56,379 nucleotides of DNA from an uncultured Candidatus Saccharibacteria bacterium (lineage in GTDB: Bacteria; Patescibacteriota; Minisyncoccia; Phycocordibacterales; UBA9973). The translations under genes and the position numbers were made by a program. The notes below the pieces were generated by a model. It worked only from the letters and a program-made list of their open reading frames with translations. It had not been told where the DNA came from and ran no database searches. Numbering within the stretch: position 1 is the first letter of the stretch; each line of letters begins with the position of its first letter. Location: assembly GCA_964461985.1 (NCBI GenBank), contig CAYWWG010000001.1:1-56379 (forward strand), given 5' to 3'. Positions 8,158 to 18,036 of the stretch are shown here, piece by piece.

Positions 8158-8493
8158 ATGAAAAAAATAACAAAGCCAATTATTAAGAAATACAGGTTAG
8201 GTAACCAACCCGAAGAATATGCACTCGTTTTAGACTACGTAGACTTTATACCTAAAGGTTTTAAATCTTGGTACGACTTCAACGACCCAATGACAAGACA
8301 AAATGGTAAAGAGATCTGCTTGGTGAACCCTAAAAACAATGAAAGTGTGTATCTGATCATCGACCACCCAATTATTTTAGATGCTTTTCCAAGTAGTTTT
8401 TTCTCTGAAGAAGAGTCTAAAAAATGGCATGTGTATTGCATAGTAAACACAAAGGAAAAGCCAGAGGAAAAATTTATTATTCCTTGGTATTAG
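8158..8493 (+). CDS. hypothetical protein (111 aa)
   Basis: Intact ORF with a TTGACA-17-TATAGT promoter at ~8105-8133 and a hairpin terminator downstream. Confidence 0.55.
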   Translation: MKKITKPIIKKYRLGNQPEEYALVLDYVDFIPKGFKSWYDFNDPMTRQNGKEICLVNPKNNESVYLIIDHPIILDAFPSSFFSEEESKKWHVYCIVNTKEKPEEKFIIPWY

Positions 8494-8544
8494 TCTGAAA
8501 CAAATTAAAAGCCCATCTATTTAATGATGGGCTTTTTAAATTTA

Positions 8545-9072
8545 TTATTTTACTTCTTTGAATTCCGCGATTATTTCTAACTTAACTTCGTCTGATACTG
8601 CTACTCCGCCAGACTCTAGTGGTGCGTTCCACACTAAACCAAATTCTGAACGATGCAGTGATCCGTGAATTTCAAAACTTTTTACTGTGTTACCATATGC
8701 GTCTACAATAGAGCCGTTGTATGTGGTCGCTAGTGTTAATGGTTTTGTTATGCCGTGCATTGTAAAGTCGCCGTTTACTGTAAACGTGCCGTCTGTATTT
8801 TTTGTTATACCTGTGGATGTGAATGTAATTGTAGGGAACTCTGCTACATTAAAAAAATCTGCATTTTTAAGGTGTTCGTCACGATGTGTATTGTTTGTAG
8901 TTATACTTTCTGCCTGAGCAGTAAAGGTAATTTTTGAATTTTCAAATTCTTCACCTTCTGTTTGTATCTGAGCGTCAAAATTTGTAAATGTACCCTTTAC
9001 TGTTGATATAACAAGGTGTTTAACTTTGAATCCTATTTCTGAATGAGCTGCGTCTATGTTCCATGTAGTCAT
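8545..9072 (-). CDS. YceI-family polyisoprenoid-binding protein
   Basis: WNIDAAHSEIGFKVKHLVISTVKGTFTNF, plus the family length and beta-rich pattern. Confidence 0.85.
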   Translation of the reverse strand: MTTWNIDAAHSEIGFKVKHLVISTVKGTFTNFDAQIQTEGEEFENSKITFTAQAESITTNNTHRDEHLKNADFFNVAEFPTITFTSTGITKNTDGTFTVNGDFTMHGITKPLTLATTYNGSIVDAYGNTVKSFEIHGSLHRSEFGLVWNAPLESGGVAVSDEVKLEIIAEFKEVK

Positions 9073-9236
9073 AATATTCTTTGAATTAATTTATAATGTA
9101 ATGCTAGTATAGTGTATAAATCAGAAATTGTACAATCTGAAATTTTTTTAAATATTGAACATTTTTTTATAAACTTATCCACTTTTTATTTCTATTTTAC
9201 TAGCCCTTGGGTATGTGTGTGTTATAATAATTATAT

Positions 9237-10571
9237 ATGACGAATCAACCATTGTTAGATTTTATTTTAACTGAAGTAAAGCAGGGTGCAACCAAAGACT
9301 CCATCGCAAAAGAATTGCTTGGTGCCGGGTGGGAGGCAGTTGATATAGAAGAAGGTTTTAAAGCTGCTGGTATTAATGACACAACACCTATTACTACACC
9401 AGTAGTAAACATATCGCAACCGACTTTTACTGGGCCAAACCCAACTACAAATTCAAATGTATCTGCACCAGTATCAAATCCAGTATCTACAAATACGCAG
9501 ACTTTTTCTACATTAGATTCCTATGCAAACCCAAACCCAGGGAATAACTCATATAACAGTAGTCCTGTCTATTCTGGGCAAGTCGTATCTACAGAGCAAT
9601 CTACTAAAACTAGTGGCGGTAAAAAGGTTTTGCTATTTGTAATTGTTTTACTAATCGTTATTGCGGGTGGAGTTGTATATGCAATAAAAACAAATAAAAT
9701 TAATTTAAGTTTTATTAAAAACCTTGCTTCAAACAAAACAACCGCAGTAGAAAAGACTAGTACAACAAAAGTAACACCTGTTACTACTGTTCCGGAAAAT
9801 CAAGCGCCTGTTAATTCAAATCTTAGTACAACAACTGCTACGACAACAACCACCGTAGCCCCTTTGGCACCTGTGCTACCAACCACATCATTATTACCTT
9901 CAAATTCTACAACCAAGCCTGCTACTGTGTCTACCACACCTGTATCAGTTGTAACATCAATGCCTGATTTAAAGCCATTATGTAAAGATATTCCCTGTAA
10001 AACATACTTTGGAGTTTGGTTGAAAGAACAAATGTACCAAAACAACATTGCTAAAAGTTATTTAAATGCACATATTGTTCCACAATCAATGAAGATAGCC
10101 TCATGGGTAGACGGTAAGTCTTTTGAAATAACTTATGATTTTGTTATGGACTGGGCAAAAGTTCGTGTGTTAGATTCGTTCATGGTTAAAACTGTCCCAG
10201 ACGATGCTCAATACCCAAGTTTAAAACTACGTAAGGGTATATATTTCTCAGAAGCAGAAGTTAGAACTGTAGTAACAAACGGTGCATATAATAGCCAGTT
10301 CCTATGGTTTACTCCAGCAACAAGCTTAATGTTTGCAACAAAACAAGATGCTATAAATGCAATAAATAAAATTGACACCACTAAAAAGTTTGAAATATCC
10401 ACTAATGCAGAATTTTTACCAGTCGGACAAAAACCGAATATAAAAAAGGAATTATATTTAAGTGGTTTTGATAAATCAACCTGTAAATCAAAAAACATAA
10501 TGACAGTTGCCCACCTTAATCTGTTTACAGGTGAAACAAGTACTGAAAAAACTACTTGCGTCATTAATTAG
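9237..10571 (+). CDS. hypothetical membrane protein with an S/T/P-rich linker (444 aa)
   Basis: Small N-terminal helical domain, one TM (VLLFVIVLLIVIAGGVVYAI), a long T/S/P low-complexity tract and a globular C-terminal domain. An extended -10 (tgttataat) lies 8 nt before the ATG. Confidence 0.75.
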   Translation: MTNQPLLDFILTEVKQGATKDSIAKELLGAGWEAVDIEEGFKAAGINDTTPITTPVVNISQPTFTGPNPTTNSNVSAPVSNPVSTNTQTFSTLDSYANPNPGNNSYNSSPVYSGQVVSTEQSTKTSGGKKVLLFVIVLLIVIAGGVVYAIKTNKINLSFIKNLASNKTTAVEKTSTTKVTPVTTVPENQAPVNSNLSTTTATTTTTVAPLAPVLPTTSLLPSNSTTKPATVSTTPVSVVTSMPDLKPLCKDIPCKTYFGVWLKEQMYQNNIAKSYLNAHIVPQSMKIASWVDGKSFEITYDFVMDWAKVRVLDSFMVKTVPDDAQYPSLKLRKGIYFSEAEVRTVVTNGAYNSQFLWFTPATSLMFATKQDAINAINKIDTTKKFEISTNAEFLPVGQKPNIKKELYLSGFDKSTCKSKNIMTVAHLNLFTGETSTEKTTCVIN

Positions 10572-10591
10572 ATTTGTGTTATAATATACAT

Positions 10592-10670
10592 GCCAGTAAA
10601 TCGTATACCAATACAGCACCCAGGATGGTAAAATAATAATCCCTTAAGAGTTCGAATCTCTTTATTGGCA
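10592..10670 (+). ncRNA. tRNA-like small RNA (acceptor stem + canonical T-arm, non-canonical core)
   Basis: gccagta pairs with tattggc (one G-U). The T-arm is aagag-ttcgaat-ctctt, followed by discriminator a. tgttataat (-10 at 10580-10585) lies 6 nt upstream and the terminator at 10674-10699 lies downstream. No 5-bp stem/7-nt loop anticodon arm can be drawn. Confidence 0.4.
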
Positions 10671-10673
10671 CGA

Positions 10674-10699
10674 AAAAGCCTTGTATTATCAAGGCTTTT
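10674..10699 (+). terminator. intrinsic terminator
   Basis: aaaagccttg pairs with caaggctttt, with the loop tattat. Confidence 0.7.
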
Positions 10700-10755
10700 A
10701 TTATTGCGTTATTTTAATAAATGTTGTAGAATCATTTAAAATTATAGATATAAAT

Positions 10756-11352
10756 ATGAATATTATTTTAGCTACCACAAATGTAAGTAAAATCTTACAG
10801 ATTAAGCAATTGTTAGACAATGAAAGTGTCTCAGTTAGAACTCAGATCGAGGCCGGGATCGAAGGTGAAGCCATAGAAGACGGAGAAACTCTTGAAGAAA
10901 ATGCCAGGAAAAAAGCATATTATGCCAAGGAAAGAACTAACGAAGATTGTTGGATAATTTCTGAAGACACTGGTTTGTTTATTCCGGTATTGGGTGGTAA
11001 ACCAGGTATCCGTTCAGCTAGATGGGCTGGTAATAACGCCACAACAGAAGAAATTATGAACTACTGTTTAATGCAAATGCATGGTATGCCAGACCGTAGT
11101 GCTTATTTTGAAACAGTTGCAGTGGTAATATCGCCACAGGGTAACGAGACTGTTTTTAAAGGCAGAGTTAATGGTGTTTTACTTAAAGAACCTCGCACAA
11201 AAACACAACCTAAAATGCCTTACAGTAGTTTGTTTGTACCAGACGGATCTGAAAAAGTTTGGTCAGAAATGTCTACTGAAGAAGAAAATAGTATTTCACA
11301 CAGAGGAAAAGCTTTCCGTGATGTTGTCCAATACTTAAATGCATTTTTGTAA
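10756..11352 (+). CDS. rdgB: non-canonical purine NTP pyrophosphatase (RdgB/HAM1 family)
   Basis: ILATTNVSK, SEDTGLFIPVLGGKPGIRSARWAG and ISHRGKAF motifs. The start is placed at MNIILATT; the ORF is open from 10681. Confidence 0.9.
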   Translation: MNIILATTNVSKILQIKQLLDNESVSVRTQIEAGIEGEAIEDGETLEENARKKAYYAKERTNEDCWIISEDTGLFIPVLGGKPGIRSARWAGNNATTEEIMNYCLMQMHGMPDRSAYFETVAVVISPQGNETVFKGRVNGVLLKEPRTKTQPKMPYSSLFVPDGSEKVWSEMSTEEENSISHRGKAFRDVVQYLNAFL

Positions 11353-11358
11353 AAAATA

Positions 11359-11386
11359 AACCTCTCGAACTCGAGAGGTTTTTTAT
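11359..11386 (+). terminator. intrinsic terminator
   Basis: aacctctcga-ac-tcgagaggtt followed by a T-run. Confidence 0.75.
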
Positions 11387-11414
11387 TTTTGTTTACACAT
11401 GTTAGAATTATTAT

Positions 11415-11783
11415 ATGAAAAAATTGTATTGGGAAATACTAGGCAGTGCGTTGTTTGTAAGTGCAGCAACTATATTTACTTATGGCAGACTAAGTGGCTT
11501 ACCTATATTTTGGGACTCACAATTTTTGTGGTCAGTATTGCTAGCCATGGGTTGGGTTATAGTTGCACTGGGTTACTACCACCAGGGCCATATGGTTCAT
11601 GTTAATAAAAGTGCGGCAAATGTTTCGATTGTTTTGCCAATAGCTGTTTTTATTGTTCAGTGTGTACTTTTTATAAAAGGAATTTTTTATAACGACTGGT
11701 CTTTGATAACTGGTGCTGTTATGGTTAATTCGGGTGTTATATTTAATTTATACCAAATTATAAAAGTTAGATACAAGAAATAA
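11415..11783 (+). CDS. hypothetical membrane protein (122 aa)
   Basis: Four hydrophobic segments. Preferred over the overlapping 68-aa ORF 11399-11605. Confidence 0.6.
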   Translation: MKKLYWEILGSALFVSAATIFTYGRLSGLPIFWDSQFLWSVLLAMGWVIVALGYYHQGHMVHVNKSAANVSIVLPIAVFIVQCVLFIKGIFYNDWSLITGAVMVNSGVIFNLYQIIKVRYKK

Positions 11784-11800
11784 AACCACCCTAGGCGGTT

Positions 11801-12610
11801 TTATTTCTTGTTTTTAATTTGCTCAATTTTTACTTGGTCTAAGTATTTGCCAAGATTTATTTGTGGCATTGATATAGCTGTGGCTTCGCCTATATAACGC
11901 CAATGCCAAGCTTCACCTACAATTGGTGATTCTGCAGATGATTTATCAAAATCAGTAACTGGGCTCATTTGTGTACTGTCGAAATTTACCCGACGTTGAT
12001 CGGATGGTAAATTGTTTGTGTTTATTTGACTTGCATTAGCTTGTAGGTTCGCTTGTAGTGTGTCTATATTGTCTGTTGATTCGTTAATGGTTTCATTAGG
12101 ATATGACTGTACAAAACCATATCTTGCAGCATTTTTTTGTAGCCAAGTATATTCTTTTGAGTCAATAAGTTTTTCGCCTTCAGTTGATCCTATTAAATCT
12201 ATAGCCGTACCTAATTGGTGTTCAGATCTACCCGGAGATGCAGCAAGGCTACCGTAAATGTTTTTGAAGTTTGTTTGAACTTTATAACTTCTAAAACCAG
12301 AACGAATTTTTAAAGACATACCCGTTTCTTTTTTTATGGCTTTGTTCATTCTTTTAAATGCAGCATACACTGGTTTGCGTAAACAATAGTGGCCATTTTT
12401 ATATGTGTCATTTTTGCTAACTAATACTAAGTCTCGTGGTATATAGTTCTGTAAATTTTCTGATGGGTCTGTGAACGAAGTTAAAAAGTAGTTTACTATT
12501 GGCTGGTTTTTTGGTGGTTGAGGACATTTTATAACCTTGGAACTAGCCCCGTAACTAAAAAGGGGAATTAATAGAAATATTGAAATTGGTAATACCTTAT
12601 AATATTTCAT
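11801..12610 (-). CDS. D-alanyl-D-alanine carboxypeptidase, VanY/peptidase M15B family
   Basis: SGFRSYKVQ, PGRSEHQLGTAIDL and EAWHWRYIG motifs, plus an N-terminal signal sequence. Confidence 0.85.
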   Translation of the reverse strand: MKYYKVLPISIFLLIPLFSYGASSKVIKCPQPPKNQPIVNYFLTSFTDPSENLQNYIPRDLVLVSKNDTYKNGHYCLRKPVYAAFKRMNKAIKKETGMSLKIRSGFRSYKVQTNFKNIYGSLAASPGRSEHQLGTAIDLIGSTEGEKLIDSKEYTWLQKNAARYGFVQSYPNETINESTDNIDTLQANLQANASQINTNNLPSDQRRVNFDSTQMSPVTDFDKSSAESPIVGEAWHWRYIGEATAISMPQINLGKYLDQVKIEQIKNKK

Positions 12611-12690
12611 GTTGGTATATTATACCAGAAAAATTTAACATTGACATTATAGTTATTTTGTATGTATACTAATAAAAATACAATATAAAA

Positions 12691-13866
12691 ATGAATAATA
12701 AAATAATTGCAGGCTACGCTGCTAGTTTTGACCCAATTACGAATGGCCACATAAACGTTATTAAACGTATGGCACCTCTGTACGACGAATTGATACTTTT
12801 TATAGCTATCAATGAACGTAAAAAACATATGTTCTCTGAAGAAGAACGTAAAAAAATGGTACTAATATGTACCAAAGATCTACCAAATGTTCGAGTTGTG
12901 ATTAGTAAGGATGTATACTTGGTAAACCATGCACGTCAGCTCGGTGTAAGTGTTATTGTACGCGGGTTAAGAAACACCAATGATCTGTTTGATGAAATGG
13001 CTTTATTTGAAGCTAATCGTGCTATATGCCCGGAAATTCAGACTATATGGGTACCATCTTGGAATGAATTGATTTATGTCAGCTCTAGTGCAGTGAAGTC
13101 TCATGTCGGACTTGACCCATCATGGAAAAACCAAGTAAAGAAACTTGTTCCTAAAGACGTTATGTTTGAGATTAATCGTAAGTACACAATAGAAAAAGCC
13201 AGAAATTATTGGTCTGAATTAGTTAAAGATTTGGGTAGCCCTGTTGGGCTTTCAGAGCAGATTGAAGATATTTTGTTAAATTACTGCAGTAATGTACGGT
13301 TTTATCATGCGATAGAACATATTGTAAACATGCTAGATGAACTTAAACTTGCGATTGATAAATTGGAATTAAGTAAAGAAGAACATTGTGTTTTAAGATT
13401 AGCGATCTGGTATCATGACATTGTCTATAATTTGCAGGACAAAGATGGTTTTAAAAATGAAAATAATGAACTATCTAGTGCCAAGTACTTTTTAGACAAG
13501 ATATGGAAAAGTAAAATTCTTACTAATGAAATAAGTAAAAAAGTTTGTGATTTAATTGAATTTACTGACCATAAACACTTAAATCTAAGTAATTTGGGCC
13601 AGATACTTGTTGATCTTGATTTAACTATCTTCGGTCAACATGCCGAGGTTTTTGATGAATATGACCAAAATATACGCAAAGAATATTATTTTGTTCCCGA
13701 AGTAGCTTATCTCGAAGCTCGTATGAAGATCTTGCAAAGATTTCTTAATAAATCAAATATATATTACACCACATTTTTTAAGGAAAAATATGAGGATATG
13801 GCAAGTCAAAATTTAAGTCGAGTCATTTGTAATATTGACAGTAAGTTGTTTGAAGTAAGAAAATAA
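12691..13866 (+). CDS. coaD: phosphopantetheine adenylyltransferase fused to a C-terminal HD-superfamily phosphohydrolase-like domain
   Basis: The N-terminal ~160 aa carries SFDPITNGHINVIKR (the nucleotidyltransferase T/HxGH motif). The C-terminal ~220 aa carries YHAIEHIVNM ... LAIWYHDIVY ... DLDLTIFG, which is HD-domain-like. Confidence 0.88.
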   Translation: MNNKIIAGYAASFDPITNGHINVIKRMAPLYDELILFIAINERKKHMFSEEERKKMVLICTKDLPNVRVVISKDVYLVNHARQLGVSVIVRGLRNTNDLFDEMALFEANRAICPEIQTIWVPSWNELIYVSSSAVKSHVGLDPSWKNQVKKLVPKDVMFEINRKYTIEKARNYWSELVKDLGSPVGLSEQIEDILLNYCSNVRFYHAIEHIVNMLDELKLAIDKLELSKEEHCVLRLAIWYHDIVYNLQDKDGFKNENNELSSAKYFLDKIWKSKILTNEISKKVCDLIEFTDHKHLNLSNLGQILVDLDLTIFGQHAEVFDEYDQNIRKEYYFVPEVAYLEARMKILQRFLNKSNIYYTTFFKEKYEDMASQNLSRVICNIDSKLFEVRK

Positions 13867-13964
13867 TAAATAAGACCGTTCAACTAATAAAAATGAACGG
13901 TTTTTTAACTTGACTCAATTTAATTTTTGAATTATAGTGTAATAAATTTTAAAACAATGTAATT

Positions 13965-14474
13965 ATGAAGCTTAAAAAGCACGTGGTAGAAAATTTCGAC
14001 CAAATCTGGAACGATTTCTGTATCGATGGCCCTGGTCATAAGGTTTTGGGTAAAGAAAGTTTTAGTACTGAAACAAAAGTACCAATTTTGTGGAAGTATG
14101 ACAGATTTAAGGGGTTAAAAGTTTTAGTAATTATTGTGCCACAAAACGAAAAAATGATACCTCATGTTTTCGTTGATGTGGACGAAAGTAAACTAAACAA
14201 CTTTCCTAAAAGTCGCACATTCCCTTTACATGTAAAAGAAAGGTACACAAAAGTTGGTAACTTTCGATTCACCAAAGACGAGTTATTACCAATAAACGCA
14301 ACAGATGAAGCATGGAAACAGAAATTGCAAGTTAAATCTGCTAAAATTGGACCGGATTGTTTCAAAAAGATTGAACGAGCGTTGCGTACGGAAAAACGCA
14401 AGAGACATTTTTACCAGCCAGTTCACTCAGTTCATGCAATACCCACTGCATTTGAACAGGGTAAAAGACGTTAA
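13965..14474 (+). CDS. hypothetical protein (169 aa), basic C-terminus
   Basis: Intact ORF with a TTGACT-17-TATAGT promoter at ~13910-13938 and a terminator hairpin downstream. Confidence 0.6.
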   Translation: MKLKKHVVENFDQIWNDFCIDGPGHKVLGKESFSTETKVPILWKYDRFKGLKVLVIIVPQNEKMIPHVFVDVDESKLNNFPKSRTFPLHVKERYTKVGNFRFTKDELLPINATDEAWKQKLQVKSAKIGPDCFKKIERALRTEKRKRHFYQPVHSVHAIPTAFEQGKRR

Positions 14475-14522
14475 TTTTAAGACTGAACAAAAGAGGTTAA
14501 ATACCTCTTTTTTATTTTTTGT

Positions 14523-15041
14523 TTAAAAATTAATACCAAGAATTTTAAGTATAATACCCGCAACAGGGTCTGCTGAGGTACCATAAACCATAACACCACC
14601 TAATAGACCTGTTACAGATATTGCAACTAGACCAAGAAAAGCTAATGTTACAGAAAGAATTTCATTTGTGAGTATTTTTTGGACTAATATTATTATTTTT
14701 TTAACATACACCACAGTTTCCAATTTTACTGCAAGTCTGTCTTTAATAACTGTAAGTATTTCACCTAACAATAACGCGGCATAGATCCAAGTAGAAATAT
14801 TAGCAAATGCAGAATGCATTTCTACAAGTTGGTGGTTTGGTTTTGAAATTTGTTCAGCAATTTCACCAGTAGTTAATGCAGCAAACGCTCCTAATGTTCC
14901 AAAAACAAGTAGAGCACGTTCTATATGTTTCCATGATATTGACGGTAACCACTTTTCTAAAGGTAACACTTTTATAATCGAATAAATAAACAATAAAGCA
15001 ATAGGGAAGTGCACAAAAAGTGGGTGTATGTTGTATGTCAT
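14523..15041 (-). CDS. DUF2231-like membrane protein
   Basis: The N-terminal HPLFVHFPIALL signature and 4-5 TM segments. Confidence 0.75.
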   Translation of the reverse strand: MTYNIHPLFVHFPIALLFIYSIIKVLPLEKWLPSISWKHIERALLVFGTLGAFAALTTGEIAEQISKPNHQLVEMHSAFANISTWIYAALLLGEILTVIKDRLAVKLETVVYVKKIIILVQKILTNEILSVTLAFLGLVAISVTGLLGGVMVYGTSADPVAGIILKILGINF

Positions 15042-15120
15042 AATGTATCTAGTATATACCTACATAATTATAAATACCAGTTGTGCGTATACTATACATT
15101 TTATATGGTAGTGATACAAT

Positions 15121-15522
15121 ATGATTATGGAACAAGAACAAAACATACAACATTATTATGGAGACACAGTGCGTGTAATATTCATGGTTATCGGTATTGT
15201 GATGGCAGTTTGTTTACCTTTTTTTAAATCCTTGATTCAGATGCCTGTCGGAATATGCATTATTGCAATACTTGCACTAGCTGTGTTTAGTGGTTTTTTA
15301 AACCCTAAACAACATTGGGTTATTGTAGCTGATACAGTCATTGCTATACTTGCATTTTTAGCTTTTGAATATTATGCCGTTGTGACATACAGCACAATCT
15401 CTAGTGCAGTTTCGTTAAATGTATATTTCTTTTGGTTTAATCAAATAGCTGCTATTTTGTCTTTGGTTGCTGTGTACCTATCGTTTAAAACATTAAGAGG
15501 TAAAATGCTTTCTGATAAATAA
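15121..15522 (+). CDS. hypothetical membrane protein (133 aa)
   Basis: Four TM segments. Its stop overlaps the next start (taATG). Confidence 0.65.
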   Translation: MIMEQEQNIQHYYGDTVRVIFMVIGIVMAVCLPFFKSLIQMPVGICIIAILALAVFSGFLNPKQHWVIVADTVIAILAFLAFEYYAVVTYSTISSAVSLNVYFFWFNQIAAILSLVAVYLSFKTLRGKMLSDK

Positions 15523-16100
15523 TGAAACCCGCGATCGCTGTTATTGCTGCAGTTTTAGCCATTATCGGTAATGTACCGTATTTAATAGATGTTATACGCA
15601 AAAAAATACAACCACACCCATACACGTGGCTGGTTTGGACTATTGTCTCAGGTGTAACATTTTTTGGTGCATTAGCTAAAGGCGCGGGTGTAGGTGTTAT
15701 ACCAACAGGCTGTGCTGAAATATTTACTTTTATAATTTTCTTTTTCTCTTTACGTTACGGGTCTAAATATATAACTAAGCAAGACACTTTATTTCTAATT
15801 GTGGCTTTGTTGGGTTTAATACCGTGGGTGTTAACAAAAGACCCGACAATATCAGTTATAATAGTTGTTTCGATTGATCTAGTTGCTTTTATTCCGACAC
15901 TTCGTAAAACTTGGAGGCACCCAGATTCTGAATCACCAGTTTTATATAGTATGAATGCATTGCGACACATATTGACCTTGTTCTCGTTACAAGCTTACAA
16001 TGTTGCTACTGTACTGCATTCTATATCAATGATTATAGTAAATTCATTTATGGTGTATGATATAAAATTTAGGAAATTCAAAAAAATTAAGACACTATAA
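15522..16100 (+). CDS. hypothetical polytopic membrane protein (192 aa)
   Basis: About six TM segments, translationally coupled to the upstream ORF. Confidence 0.7.
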   Translation: MKPAIAVIAAVLAIIGNVPYLIDVIRKKIQPHPYTWLVWTIVSGVTFFGALAKGAGVGVIPTGCAEIFTFIIFFFSLRYGSKYITKQDTLFLIVALLGLIPWVLTKDPTISVIIVVSIDLVAFIPTLRKTWRHPDSESPVLYSMNALRHILTLFSLQAYNVATVLHSISMIIVNSFMVYDIKFRKFKKIKTL

Positions 16101-16105
16101 TTATT

Positions 16106-16546
16106 ATGATTAAACCTTGGTACATAGAAATAAAAGCTACAAAGTTTTTATATTGGTATAGTAAATTAAATGGCACAAAAGGTGACGCTAAAATGGCGGC
16201 ATTTTACCCGTTTATTTTTACAACCACCGAAATACATCCAAACATGCACCCTTATTTTATAAACCATGAACTAATACATTTTGCTCAACAAATAGAAACT
16301 CTGTTTTTCTTTAATTGGTTTTGGAAGTCAATTGAATCTGGTTATTATACTGGTTTTAAAAATATGACTTTATTTGAAACATATGTTTTACATGCATCAG
16401 AACAAGAAGCATACGACAATATGTTTGATCTTAATTACTTAAAAAATCGTAAACATTTTTTTCACCTACGACACTATATTAAACATAAGCCAGTAATATG
16501 GGCAGAATACCTCCAGAAAAAACAAAATATAGAAGAAAAGCAATAA
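16106..16546 (+). CDS. hypothetical protein with an HExxH motif (putative zincin-like)
   Basis: NHELIHFAQQ ... SEQEAYDN. The HELIH..Q...E.EAY pattern is shared with ORF 55306-55887. Confidence 0.6.
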   Translation: MIKPWYIEIKATKFLYWYSKLNGTKGDAKMAAFYPFIFTTTEIHPNMHPYFINHELIHFAQQIETLFFFNWFWKSIESGYYTGFKNMTLFETYVLHASEQEAYDNMFDLNYLKNRKHFFHLRHYIKHKPVIWAEYLQKKQNIEEKQ

Positions 16547-16622
16547 ATTTTTAAAACAAAAAAATTGTGGGATTTAAAAAAGCAAGAATCTAATTCTTGC
16601 TTTTCGTTTTTTAACCACTTTC

Positions 16623-16862
16623 TTAATTTAAGTAAATTGGTTTAATGTTTTTGAAACTACGAAATTCTGATGTGTAAAATTCCTCGCCGGAACTGTTTTC
16701 GCATGTAAAAACAACATGGTCTGAATTTATCGTAACTTCTACATCAGGTTGGCCTTCTTTCCATTTTATAACCCATTGTGTTTCGGACTTTTTTTCAGCA
16801 AACTTACCCTTACCTGTTAGGTAGGCATCAATTAATTCCCTGGATTTTATTGGTATATTCAT
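16623..16862 (-). CDS. hypothetical protein (79 aa)
   Basis: Intact ORF. A bidirectional terminator (aagcaagaat...attcttgctt) lies between it and the upstream convergent gene. Confidence 0.5.
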   Translation of the reverse strand: MNIPIKSRELIDAYLTGKGKFAEKKSETQWVIKWKEGQPDVEVTINSDHVVFTCENSSGEEFYTSEFRSFKNIKPIYLN

Positions 16863-16951
16863 AATAGTATGAGGTTTAATTTAAGGTAACACGTAATAAG
16901 TTAGTCTGCAACAAGTTTTTATTTTACATATCTACATGCTACAATCGAGGC

Positions 16952-17938
16952 ATGAAAGCTAGTGTAAAAGTATTTTTAATAATTGTAGCCGGATTTATGT
17001 TAATTACCGGTATATTTTTTTATTTGAAAAAAGAGGGTATTCGTTTTTCTCTTATAAATAAAGATATTCCTGAGAAAGTTTTACAGGTAGAACCAGATAA
17101 TAACCCTGTGCCGAACCTTGACAGTCTAAACACACCTCAGAATGAGCCTGTGGTAGATGTAACTCCAGAAGTAAAACCAGTTATACAATATACAACTTTA
17201 AAAATTGGAACTAATCCACGTAAAGAAATTACTGATGCTGTTGGCAAAGAAAATATTGATATGGTTTTAGCTTTGAATCGTGTAAATATGAATAAAATCC
17301 AAAAAGGGGCAGTTTTGACCATACCAGCTTCATGGAAAGATGTGGACATGATGGCTTTGTCTCCATATCCTACTTATATAGACAGAATCAAAGATATACC
17401 AAAATTTATTTTTGTTTCGCAACGAGTTCAAGCATTTGGCTTGTATGAAAAAGGCAAATTGGTTCGTTGGGGACCTGTTAGTACTGGAAAAAAAGCAACA
17501 CCTACTCCTAGTAAGTTATTTTTTGCAAACTGGAAACAAAAACTAACTATCAGTAATATCGATGATACATGGATAATGCCATGGAACGTGAATTTTGCGA
17601 ATCTTGACGGTATGTCGTTACACCAGTACGAACTACCGGGTTATGCTGCTAGTCATTCGTGTGTGCGTTTGTTTGAATCTGATGCCATGTTTATATATGG
17701 ATGGGTAGACCAATGGACACTAACACCTAAAGATGAAATAGCCACATACGGTACCCCTGTGCTTATATTTGGTAAATATGGTTACGGACAAAAACCACCT
17801 TGGAAACATTTGCCAGAAGACCCAAGTGCAACCACAATTACAGATAATGAAATTAATGAACAGCTAGACCAGTATTTGCCCGATATACAAAGCAAGGTTT
17901 TAACAAAAGACCCGACACAGGATGCAAACACTGGTTAA
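16952..17938 (+). CDS. L,D-transpeptidase (YkuD domain) with an N-terminal anchor and a LysM-like segment
   Basis: The catalytic motif HQYELPGYAASHSCVRL (His...Cys-x-Arg), plus an N-terminal TM. Confidence 0.85.
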   Translation: MKASVKVFLIIVAGFMLITGIFFYLKKEGIRFSLINKDIPEKVLQVEPDNNPVPNLDSLNTPQNEPVVDVTPEVKPVIQYTTLKIGTNPRKEITDAVGKENIDMVLALNRVNMNKIQKGAVLTIPASWKDVDMMALSPYPTYIDRIKDIPKFIFVSQRVQAFGLYEKGKLVRWGPVSTGKKATPTPSKLFFANWKQKLTISNIDDTWIMPWNVNFANLDGMSLHQYELPGYAASHSCVRLFESDAMFIYGWVDQWTLTPKDEIATYGTPVLIFGKYGYGQKPPWKHLPEDPSATTITDNEINEQLDQYLPDIQSKVLTKDPTQDANTG

Positions 17939-18036
17939 TTGTTAGGTAATGACTGTGGAAAAATACTGTTGATTTTTGTATTACTTAAAATATAATTTTA
18001 TATGTCGATATTATAAAATTAATATTATTGTTTGAT

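Noticed and set aside
10592-10670. Calling the tRNA-like element a genuine tRNA gene
   Set aside because: No 5-bp stem with a 7-nt loop anticodon arm and no GG-containing D-loop can be drawn, so no anticodon can be assigned. It is reported as tRNA-like only.
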